Positions 1-11,652 of a DNA stretch of 64,000 bases are shown here, in pieces; positions within the stretch are counted from its first letter, which is position 1, and every line of letters starts with the position of its first letter. The stretch comes from Syncephalis fuscata S228 (Eukaryota; Fungi; Zoopagomycota), in assembly GCA_025786725.1 (NCBI GenBank), contig JAHLTZ010000004.1, positions 434,001-498,000 on the forward strand. The letters run 5' to 3'. The position numbers were made by a program, and so were the translations under genes. The notes beneath the pieces were generated by a model. That model was not told where the DNA came from. It saw only the letters and a list, made by a program, of their open reading frames with translations, and ran no database searches.

Positions 1-1330
1 TAGGGAATTTTAAAAATGTATTGTTTTTAAATAATTAATAAAAACTTTAGTCTACTTGCGATATCTTTTTATTCATACATTTCGTTATCGTATTGTATGT
101 CACAAGTAACTGCAATGGTCTAACTGCATTTTTTAATTACCGCAATGTCTTCTAAACTATTTGATGGAATCATATTTACCAACATCAAAGAACTGAGGAT
201 TGCAATTGACGAGTTGAGACTTGTTGACAATTGTAAATGATGTTCCTACATTCTCAAATATAAACCAAAAGATGTACAAATAAGAGCATTAAGTACATAT
301 TTCATTGTTTAATATACACTAACGATTGTAATAGCTAATAGATGTTATATTTTTTATTACAAAACTGGCCTTCTTTTGATCCAACAAAAAAGAATGCCAT
401 TGTTACGACACCAGTAATGAAATGATGTAACATTTATCAAATAACCAAAGGAGGAAAAGTAATAGTAGTAGTAGCTTAAATTAACATATTTATAACAAAA
501 TTTGTCATTGTATAAATCCTGATAACAAGTTAAAATAAGTTGTATTGTAAAAGCATCTTTATTATTACTTGAGTAACAATATTATGTATTTATAATGTTG
601 TTGAATAATAAGAGCTAAAAAGCTAAAAAAATTGATGGAAAAAGTTAATTACAATAAATATGAAATGCAGTTACAGAAATGATTTTATTACTAAATATCT
701 TTTTTGATTAAAAATTGAAAACTGGGGCGTTTTTTAAATTCCCCTTAAAACTAATATCAGTTCAAAATACGTAACACCAATATAAGGATGGAACTAAAGC
801 ATTAAACATGGGACTTGGAAGAAATTGAATAAAGCAGTCTTTAGCACTATAATATGATTGAATCATAATTTGCATAATTATATTCAATTAGCATGCGTAA
901 AGCTGTATTATGACCAGTTTGGCTTTTTAAAAATGATACTTTGCACAACGACATGAAAGATAAATATTTGATTTGATACAAAAAATCAGAATTGTATTAG
1001 CATGCGACAAGTAATCGACCAATTGCATTCTGATGTCATCCTTTAGTACTTGTATTTTCAAGGTGCTTTTTGTAAATAGTAGCAGGGTACGTTGACTCCA
1101 TCAAACTTTGTTTTAGAAGGATGTACAGAATAATAGCTTTACTCGTTAATGATGTAACAATTTCAGTATATAAGCAATAGCTTTTAATGTTAAATCTCAA
1201 TATTCATTAAGTTAGCACCATCTATTTCAGCGTTCACATCTCTACAACATTATCGAGTAAGCGCAGGTCCTTCTCGTTTTAACACGTCGCTTTACTTTGT
1301 TTGATCAAATAGCATATTTACTGTTTCAAT

Positions 1331-2137
1331 ATGAAATCATCTGTTTTTGCTATCGTCGCTATTGCCATTATCGCATTGACCAGATTGAAGCTACTCCTGT
1401 TTATTCCAATGGCAATGTGGGCAATTATGGAGGTCGTTCCAATAACTATGGTGGCAATAGCAACGATAGTGCAAGATATAATAATAACAATCCCAGGAGA
1501 GCTGCATACAGAGGTGCCACTCAAGGCCGTCGTGGATCCAGTGCCGGAAATGCACACAGATCTAATGGCGTAGCTTTGTATGGTCAAAGAAAGGGAGCAA
1601 ATTATAACAAGCGTGTTCAAGGTGAATACAGCACTGAAGTCCTTTAGAATATAATAAACAACAGGAGCAGGATATGGAGCAGGATATGAGCAGGATATGA
1701 AGCAGGAACATCTACTACCACTGATACAAATCAAACTCAGGTGCCACTACTACAGGGGAAATAGCAACAGGAACAGAAATGGCCACTTCGACCAATACAA
1801 ATCAATATTCTAGCTCTAATATTAATGAAGAGACGGGAACAGAACGGGAACAGGAACAGAAATGACCACCTCGACCAATACAAATCAATATTCTAGCTCT
1901 AATACTAATAAAGCAACAGGAACAGGAACAAGCAGTGGCACGAATGGTGGTTATTATTTCTCTGGAGATACTAAGGAAGAGGTAGGAACAGGAGCAAATG
2001 TAGGATCAGATATTTCAAATACGCTCCGTACTGTAAATGGTCATGTTGGTCGCTCTGAAAGTAAATTCGGCGTAAAAACTAGAAATTATAGCGGCTATCA
2101 CCACCCAAGTCAGCTTACTCTTAATGATTTAATATAA
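1331..2137 (+). CDS. Secreted Asn/Gly/Thr-rich low-complexity protein, frameshifted in this sequence (errors or pseudogene)
   Basis: Signal peptide MKSSVFAIVAIAIIALT joins QIEATPVYSNGNVGNYGG if one C is restored at ~1380. It continues with GAGY-type repeats (1663-1700) and a duplicated ~60-bp unit (1771 and 1854). A probable 5'UTR intron GTAAG...TAG lies at 1257-1312. Confidence 0.6.
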
Positions 2138-2877
2138 GCTTTATTTTATGCTTTATTATCTAATTGTTAACTAAGCACTAAGTTAATAAGACCAGTTTAT
2201 TCATAATGTGCATAAATAAAGCTGCATTTTTATTTTCAATTACAAACAATATTTATTTTAAAATCATATTTAATAATGTAAATTGTCACCATCAAAACTG
2301 CTGACATATCAACACTATTATTATTATGTCATACTAAGTAAGCAACTAATATATGAACCAGTATATTTTTATTGCCCAAATAAATATTAATTATATCTAA
2401 TTGATAATATAAATATTTTATTGTTTCAGTGCACTATCATACTTAGGCGCAGTGACTATAACGGTAAATACAAGTGCCCTTTAGCAAAGTTATCGGTAAT
2501 ACTTGGCACTTGTATAGCATAAACTTCGGTGTTACACAATGTAGCTATTGGCATGGCAGAAACCAGATAGACATAATTTTACCTATTACTAAGTGTGTTG
2601 ATGATGTATTCTCACAAAGGCTATTTTAAATACACCATGTACAAAGGTGCTAGCGTCGGAGATTCACATGTACACGCTTTAAGCTGACAATCTTTGAACC
2701 CCGACAAACTATTTTTGGGCAGCATGTTTTTACAATATCGCTCAAAGGCGTGTGCTCATGTCTATTGCATACTGTTTCATTTAATTCTTGTCCCATTTCA
2801 GCACTTCACGTTTTGCACTATTTGATTCTTTTTTGTATTTTGCTTTAAATATCAGTATTGCAATTTTATATTCAAGC

Positions 2878-4234
2878 ATGTCTCTGGAAGTATTGGGCGT
2901 AAAAGGCCCGCACGAGCCAAAATCTTTAGGTGTGGCACGTTTGGTGTCCATGGTCGTATTGGTACTTGCGTTTTTCACTTATTGTATCATTCAACTGTAT
3001 TCGCTTATCCATTTTACAATTATCTTGCGTGACAAAGAGCTAAATGGCGAGCTTTATCCACCAGCCATTCTTATGGAGTGTCGCCAAAAAGAATTCTCTC
3101 AGTCCAAGGTCGAACTTCAGGGTGTCTACAGCGACAAAACAGGCACACAAGTCAGATTTGAGCTGCCTAAGTGGCTTGGCCCAGCAGAGTATGGCACCAG
3201 TATTATAAGCGGCACATCGTCAAACCAAGCGGCATTTGTCAATGCAAATGTTAATAAAACAGCTTGGCAGGTCCGACCGCTGTTTAATGTCCAATTTCGC
3301 TCAATGAATCTGCCCGGAGATCCTAATAACATCCACGAACTGTGGATATTAATTACTGTGCCGGCAAGTTCACGTCAGTTTTTTACAGGCACTAATGTCA
3401 CGGCTGTACCTGGAGTGGACGTCAGATTGTTTCCGCCGAATGTGACTGGTCCAGGCAGCTTGGATAGCTCGTTGAATGAAACAAAGCCGCTGAATATCTA
3501 CGCAAACGGTTGGGTGGCACCATTACAGGCTACTTCTCTCGGTCTTTACAGATATTCTACAAAGAGACCCGCCGTACAGATTTAAAGTCTAATACAAATT
3601 CTGTTCTCAATCCTTATGGTGCCAGCTATGTTTTGCCTAGCGATGTGCAGGCCGATTTTCTTATTCGCGTTCTCTCCTCAAATACTCCTTCAACTGATAC
3701 GGGTATGCTAGGCAGCTTTTCTATCGATGCACAAGAGGCGGTTCGTAGCTTTACTTGGCTCGATTTTCTGAGTGGTGTTGGTGGCGCGTTCACGTTGTGT
3801 AGCGGCATCTACGCTTTTCTTTTTGGAATTGGTCGATTAAGACCATGGGGTGTTATCCAACAATTCCATTCAAGAAAACTTATACTTTCGGGAATAAAAG
3901 ATGATGTGATATGCGTGCGCAATGAAAGGGAACGCTGAAGCGCATGGAGAATTCGTCCTCGAATCAGGATACACAAAAAGCAGATGTTGCCATGATGGAA
4001 ACAAACCAGCTGGCGATGCAACAACGAGGCGAACATCATAAATCTGATATAAATTCAGCTTTGGGGTCTGGTCGGATGGAGAATGCTACTCGTGATCAGT
4101 TAGTCCAGCGTATACACTATTTGGAGGAACGAACCAAGGAGCTTGAAGGCTTTCAAGATCGCATAGAGACGTTCTATACCTCAAATGATTTATTCTACAA
4201 GCGATCAAATATGCAAGCATCAGCATCACAATAA
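2878..4234 (+). CDS. Two-TM membrane protein with large extracellular loop and C-terminal coiled coil (DEG/ENaC/PAC-like topology); two apparent 1-bp frameshifts (~3540, ~3925)
   Basis: ORFs 2788-3585, 3510-3938 and 3944-4234 join into one ~450-aa protein: TM1 LVSMVVLVLAFFTYCIIQLY, YPPAILMEC, TM2 FTWLDFLSGVGGAFTLCSGIYAFLFG, LRPWGVIQ, coiled coil LVQRIHYLEERTKELE. Confidence 0.75.
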
Positions 4235-4684
4235 ATAGCTCTGTTTTATTATGCATTTGTAGTAATACACTGCGAATATATGTATTTGTTGATACCAAGA
4301 TTAATAATAGACATTACACATGTACAATATTACGTTTCTATACTATAAACTTTTTATTGCTAAAAATTATTGTATCTGGTATTTTGTCGTTTAATAAAAT
4401 ACCATATTATACTTTCTAATTCAAAATATGCATTTTAGTCAATTGACAAAAAATAGCTAAACATTAATATGTCAATGTAGCTAGTCTTCTCAATGTTATA
4501 TGCTTAATCTGATTGCTTGTTGCCTTATTTTAACTGCGTTTAATGTGGACAAAAAGAATTTACGCATTCACGGATAATTTATTATAATATTACATTTGTG
4601 TTTTATAAATTAACGGTAGTTCCTATCGCAGATGTGATAAGCAACATTAAATATTCTACTGTTGTTAATAGGCCAAGCACTAAC

Positions 4685-6616
4685 TTAACTATGTGCGCTA
4701 GTCGTGCTGTAATATGTAGCATTCTTAACTATCGTTTGTGTATCTGGATCAATGTTTGACGACATAAGTGCGCTGTTACAAGGCGTATGTCTAATTTGCA
4801 TATTTTGTACCCAGGTTGTAGTATCACTCTTGTTGTTCACGTTAATTGCTGCTTTGTAGTTATGCCGACTATCAGACTTTGGACGCAAATCAATAATGAA
4901 AAGAAGCACACTAATACGTATAATACACGAAATTTTAAAAAGAACCACACGAGCAAGTTCTGCCGCAACACCAAAACGCCAAGCACTTGTATTTTCCATA
5001 ATATTTGAAGTGAACATCATCAAAAATCCCAATGAAAATATTGCACATATTTTTGTCACCTAGAATGGCAGTGGTAAATATTGATGCTTTTCTATTTTGT
5101 TTGGTAATTTGCTTCCATGATACTTACTAATAACAACGCATGTTTCGCACTACTATTTGTCAATAGATTGTCCTGTTTTAGCCAAAATATTATACCTAAA
5201 GACAAACAGTTTAGTACGATAGTATTTAAAACGGGTATTGTATTGTTACCGTAATACATGAATGTAATGACAATGATGATTTGAATTGCTGACGTAAATC
5301 GAGCACAAGCTATTCTCATTATGCTCTGACCAACAAATGGCGGGGTGAATTCACAAATAAAATATAATATTCGCTCAATAATCATCGTTACAGACGAAAA
5401 AATAATAACGTAGCGAAGCAGTTGTAAATATCGACTATCATTTACGCTAATTGCAATTGAGTGCCTATTCATTATTATTATTATTATTATTATTAGTATT
5501 AGTAATAGTAAGTTTTAATCAAGTCAGTGGCATTTCTTTCCACAGTATATAACATACCAGAAAAACAGTAGCGTGTAAAACCCAATGTATATAAAAATGC
5601 TTTGAAAAAATCTTATCCATTCGTAAGCCAAGCTATTTAGTTTGAGTGTGAATGCGGACGTGAATACTAAACACATACAACTAGACGTTTAGTGTGCTAT
5701 TAACACTATTAATTACGAGTCTACTTACGTATTGCAGCACACAGCGCAGAAACATAAATTATAATGTGATATCTTGTAATAATTCTCTTTGTTTTGATCA
5801 GGTGGTAGAGAATTACAAAATTATAAAGCACAATACTTATAAATATTGCCATTGCGCAATATATAAATGCTCGATAGCCAGTTGATAAAAAAACATCATT
5901 CCAAGGTCCAGGCTCTATAGATACACATTTTATATATTAGCTAGTGTGCAAATATGATATCCAATATCAAAGTAAATTAATTACCTTCTTCGACTGTTAC
6001 AATGACTGTCGTGCTTAGCTCATTGTTTGCATCTAAAACGGTCCGATAGTTATCATATGGGAGCAATGCGATATTGATTGGTGAAGTGCCCTCGTAAAAA
6101 TAAAACCCGAATCTTTTATGACTTAAGCTTTGATGCGAACCAAAGCCAATACCTGGTTTTATATGTGCATGTATAGTATTGTGTCGATCGAGAATCCGCT
6201 TGTAGCATTTAAATACTGATTAAGTGCAGAAACTGCGAATCCTGCCTATTATAATAATAGTTAGAATATACTATCGCAATACTAATGATGACTATTTACA
6301 TGGGTAACTGTTTTACAGCCGCGATACTTTGCTTTCTTTGCATCAATAGCAATAATCACACTTGTGATGTTGTCAGATGTTACGCTATTCAATGCAGATC
6401 GAGCTGTATCAAGGATAGATGGCAATATTTCGCATGCTGCATTTTCATTAAACACAGCATCTACCAAGATGCCACGAGTTGTATACGGCGCAACTTCAAC
6501 CTCAAATAAATCCAATGTGGGATATTGGAGTGTCTGATTGCCTACACGAAACGTGGCCGTACCAAGGACGGACACGGCAAAGCAAACAGTAATATAAGCG
6601 TCTCTATAATCTTCAT
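4685..6616 (-). CDS. Orphan PA-like-ectodomain 7TM receptor, copy R1 (multi-exon, with homopolymer frameshifts)
   Basis: Exons are homologous to R2: FAVSVLGTATFRVGNQTLQYPTLDLFEVEV, EPGPWNDVF, HSIAISV, FMYYG, VTKICAIFSLG. Intron positions are the same. ATG at 6616 needs one T restored to join the frame. Confidence 0.75.
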
Positions 6617-6944
6617 CAGTATGTGAGAATACGGAATACAAGATAATTTGAGCAACAAATATAAAATAAGCAAACAAAAAATCACCTGAACCATACATGA
6701 GTTTCGATGCTGTTATGCTAGATCTGATGAAAATATAGCTTCTTCCTTGTAAATGTAAAGAACCTGTTTTGTCACCTATTATATTGCGCATGATACTGGT
6801 AAGGTGATGGCAATAAAAAAAGAGGCAACGCATGCGACAAAGTAACAAGTATTGGCTGCCAATCATGTTATATGAATATTTATTTTGTATAGTATTAATA
6901 AAACCTGAATAGATATCAGTATTTGGTTTTAACACTGTCCGGAC

Positions 6945-8077
6945 AGGTACTATTTTACACGAGCAGTAATATCTGGATTGCCACAAATTTGAAACAATTG
7001 TTGGGATCTTTTTAGTCCCATTCCTGTTGCTGCACTCCCACCTAGCATTTGAATTCTGCAAGTTTATATCCTACCCCGTCTATCTTATCATTATCTGTAA
7101 TAAGCGAGTTACCAACAGTGCTATAACTGACCCCATCTTTTTGTGCACCGTGTTGTTTTCTATGCTCTTGCTGTTACGCCATAACTTTGGTTAAATATGT
7201 CTGACTAAAAGGGGCTTGCACATGAAATAAAGGCAATACACAAAACAGCCTTGTTGCCCCTAGCGCATTGTTAACTAATATGCTAGCCAATGTTAATGGT
7301 AAACGTGATATAATGTTACGTGTATCTCGATACGGCTGTTTTCGTTGACCGTGCGGTGTACTTGGCATCCAATCCATACTATCAGCCTCAGCATCACTAT
7401 CTCGTGGCGTCAAAGCGGCAGGAGGCAGGGAGATAGCTGCTCTATTGCGTTTAACTGCACGGGATTTTTTCCCTTTCTTTTTATTATCAACAGCAACTGT
7501 AGATTGGCGCGAACGACCTATTCGAGGCGTGCCTAGTGTTAGATTCTGAAGCATCGTGCCCAGCGATGTTGTATACTGGGTATCTGCACATAATGTATCC
7601 TCATCATCATCGCTAAATACAAGTGCATTTGTATCTCTTCGTCGCTCTCTAATAGTTCGCTTAGGCGAGCTAGGTGGTGTCGAAAAAGGCGATATCGCAT
7701 TGTCACTCTCTCCACTCATGGGCTGTTCTGTACGCATAGATTTGTTTTCAGTTCGCTTCTGAGAATATGTATATATTGGTTAGATATATCCGATTTACAC
7801 TACAATTACTTACCGGCAATGGCCGTAATTGAATGCGACGAACTTTTGTTGTGGGATTTTTGCACAAACTAATTAATCTTGGTGCTACTGGCGTATAGAT
7901 CCAAGATAGTGCAATAAACTAAATATTTGTATTAAGTACAATGCTGCAACAAGTGTATTTTTATATATTTACCATAGTAGATAATAAAATAAAACTATAT
8001 CGTAATAAATATCCTTGATTGGATATTAAAAATTCATCAGACAGTTTAATCAATGTTAGCCTCATAGCACATAGAAA
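6945..8077 (-). pseudogene. Duplicated 3' fragment of Ima1 (no 5' half; premature stop; lost splice donor)
   Basis: Inverted copy of ~40495-41635. CAA>TAA stop at 7174-7176 and GT>AT donor change at ~7083. Confidence 0.9.
7304..8077. repeat. Left arm of a near-identical ~0.77-kb inverted repeat (partner 40495-41269)
   Basis: ORFs 7174-7737(-) and 40836-41639(+) match at all but one of the first ~145 aa, and the introns also match. Confidence 0.95.
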
Positions 8078-8169
8078 GTCTTACTATATCTAAGTATTGG
8101 TGTTACTTTTAGGCTAAAGCACTGAATACGGGTATGCCTATTATTTTTAAAGAAACAACACAATACCCA

Positions 8170-8800
8170 TAGTAAACCATTTTACGCAATCCATTGTAAT
8201 GATTTAAATAGTTGACGAGTTGATTGGATTAAATTGTGTTTAAATATCATTACAATAAATAATGAAATGTATACATTATCATTTTATAATAGAATAGAAT
8301 TAAATGTACAGAACATTGTATCAGTAATATATTAACATTTAAATAACAATGTACATACTATTTGATTTCATTGAAATTGAGCCGATATTGTTGTTTTGAT
8401 CATGTTAGAATATTGATCGAATATGAATAGAAGCCATATGATTGCAATTCCATGTCATTCCGCATTTGTTGTTGTTGCATCTACGTACAATGGATTTTGC
8501 ATCTGAATGGTCTGTTCTATTTTCTAATATTCTACTGTTGCATTTTGGGCATATTTGTGATGTAGATCAATATAATATAATTATTATAAAAGTTGTTTAT
8601 TAAACAGCCATTTTCTATAGTCAATCTGACTAAATAAATGGCATTTGAACAATTATATTATAATGACAATGTATATATTAAAACAATAATAAATATAACT
8701 AATTAATTACATTATTGTATTGAAATTACACATAAATTAATTAATGTTGGATGCAATATTATACATTTATAGTAATGAATGGGTGTTTAATTGTGTCTAA
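8170..8800. repeat. Diverged direct copy of the non-coding segment 45750-46378
   Basis: Shared strings such as ttgatcgaatatgaatagaagccatat, ttattaaacagcca and aattaattaatgttggatgcaat...gtgtttaattgtgtctaa occur in the same order. Confidence 0.85.
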
Positions 8801-8939
8801 AAGTGAAGGAAATGAAATGAGTAAATAAAAAAAGCTAAAAATTGCTGTAACTATACGTAATGTTAAATAATTTATTAGTACACTTATGCATCCAGTGTCA
8901 AAGATAAAGCTGACATCTTTACTTAAATGAACTGCACAT

Positions 8940-9020
8940 TTATTGTTCTACTAAACATGAAACTGAATGGTGAGTGACATTAAATATCAAACTATAATGC
9001 TTTAGATACTTTAAAACAAC
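8940..9020 (-). repeat. Short dispersed repeat, copy 1 (others at 20595-20670 and 25330-25442)
   Basis: Reverse complement aaagcattatagtttgatatttaatgtcactcaccatt matches aaagcattataatttgatatttaatgtcactcaccatc at ~25350. Confidence 0.75.
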
Positions 9021-11652
9021 CATTCTCAGTAGTAAAAACTGATTGACGGTTTATTAAAGTATGGATCTTTTTGCCCAGTTTGAAGCTAGGGACTCAAAGT
9101 ACAGTAGCTCCTTTTCTTTAATAAATCACTATTACGCATAGTCTAAAGATAGCCGTTTTATTACAATCTATTTTTAATAAATATGCTAAAATTAGTTGTT
9201 ATCAGCTACTATATACAAAAATACTATAAATACTTTACAATTAGTAATACAAAATTAATTCCCGCTGCCCAATTTAGCTCAAATGAATAGATAAGTAACG
9301 ATGACAATGGGCTTCGTTTGAAGGTTGCACAACGGAACGGTAAGACAAAGAGTCTTCTGCATCGCTGTCGATCACAGACAAGTCTAGACTATCAGCGTGC
9401 CTTGTATTATTCAAATTACATCTTTCTAAGAGTTTTAAAAGCAAGTTTTAAGCGTGTCTGTCTAAACAATCAAGACTCTTATATACTGGATATAATGCTC
9501 TAAAGCACTTCAATGCAATAAACCTACACGCACATGCATTAAATCTGGCCATTTGCCAGATATTTACATTATATGAATAAACGAAACATTGCGTGCATCA
9601 TTCAATAAGTTTATTCGCAATTATTTTGTCATAATGGGCAAAGAACCTACAAATTCATCATTAACAGCTAGTAATTAGCCTTTGGTCAAGTCTGGTTACT
9701 AAAAACAATGGTGTGCTTTGCGTGTCCCTCAATTTATATGCATGTATATGTCCGCATGCTAATGTGCATGACAGTATCTCTGGTTAATCTATTTTCCAAT
9801 CTATTGACAACCCAAGGTTATCCATTCTTGTGACATCACTTACCAGCATGATTAGTCAAGGCACGTGAATGGGATTATTGCCGTGCCTACAGCGATACTA
9901 ACCTTGAATGTAGGCCGTGCTAATCCATATACCTGCATTATAGTAGCAATTCTAGTTTCTCATAACTGTTAGCGACCATAATGTTCAGGGTGTTCCTAGA
10001 AACACGTAAAAGTTGACAACAGAACCTGCTACGACATCTAAATAGCCCATAACTACTTTATGTACTTGTTCGTAACATTTACATGCGTGGATATTCTCGA
10101 TCGCGTCATTATAGCACTTTTGTGGAATGAACTGAAACGAAACATTGCAATGGTGGATCCCCTTACCACCACGGTCAAGTTTGGTTCGTTTTTGTCGCCT
10201 TTACCATTAGCGATGGACACAACTTGTCGCTACCGTTTGCCTGGTACAAAGGCAACACTTCCCATCGTTAGTCTATCGCGTTAGTTAGGCCATTGTAGAT
10301 GGGCGCACCTGGTGAATACGGACAAACTAACACTTTTGGCATAAACTCGTTTGTCCCACCATGCCTCTTGCTCCTGACCTCCTCTCTAGTACTTTTCTCC
10401 GCGTGATATTTCTTTACCACGGCTGCTGCTTCCGACTCGTGCTTTGCTCTTCAGCCCAGCGGCCGACTTGCTCCTGCCGACCTGCCTATCCGCTTGCCTG
10501 GCTGCCTATTCACTCGCTTTCTATCTATCTCCACTAATATCCATGCATCGTTGGTGTGAGCGCTACTTTTACCTTTCTACGGTCTAGAGCACACAAATAG
10601 TAATAATCATAATAAAAACAATAATATTACTAATTAATTATTAATTAATTAACACTGTTATTAAGCTTAATGTTCATATGCCACTATACTTCAACACTCA
10701 AAACTTGTACACTATCCTTTCGGGATTATTATTTATTCCATTTTAGTCAACACGGGTTTAATGCATCATTTCAGACTTTTCCATGTCGAGATGGGAGTCA
10801 TTGGTGATGTGGCGTATCAGGCGGGATAAGCAGATGTTGGTGCCTCCATACCGCCGCACTAATGTCCATACGTCTAAAACTACAAGCATACGCACATACA
10901 GATATACACACATATACACACGCTTTACCACGCGTGGATTCTCGCACACATGTATAGCCTGAGTTGAGGCAGAATTTCTTGTTTCTGATTTTGTGTCTCC
11001 ATACGTTTAGTTGCAGGCGCCATCCCTTATTGTATATCCTGTCTCATTATCGCTACTACCAACAACATTTGCTTGTTCATTGAGACCTCATCAACGCTAC
11101 GACCTCTTTCGTTTTCACCATCACCTTACTATCTACTATTACTATTATTTTTACGTTCTTTGTTACAATTCTTAAACTAGTGAACCGCCATTCAATCCCG
11201 GCCGGCCTTTAAACACTCATACTTACTCATCCGTGTTTGTTTTTAGTGCAGTGTCCAACGGTAAGTATTACAACTGTTGGCTTGAAACAAAAGCCTGTTG
11301 CACACCAGCACACCAATGATTATGCCTGCATAGCGCTGACCTTTCCCCTTGTTCATTTCTGTATATTTTGCTATTTGTTTTTCTAGCTGGCACGCGGGAT
11401 TGCTGTATAGTCAAAAATATAATAAGATATACAAAGTCTTTACTCCGACTGCCGTGTTTGTGTGCCGTGCGGTAATTTGCTAATATACAGTCATCCGCTT
11501 TAGCGTCACCTTGACGCTGTGCACACTTGCCGCTTCTTTTTTGTCACCGTGGAGAAAAGATCATGTACTGATATAAACACAACACAAGTATCTATTGAAA
11601 ATAATAACTATCATTCTGTGTATTGAATCGATCCATTATCATCATCATCATC

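Noticed and set aside
6617-7061. Long N-terminal extensions of ORFs 6282-7061, 58365-58874 and 60921-61475
   Set aside because: They run through promoter or Ima1-relic sequence upstream of the signal-peptide ATG, and two start at non-ATG codons.
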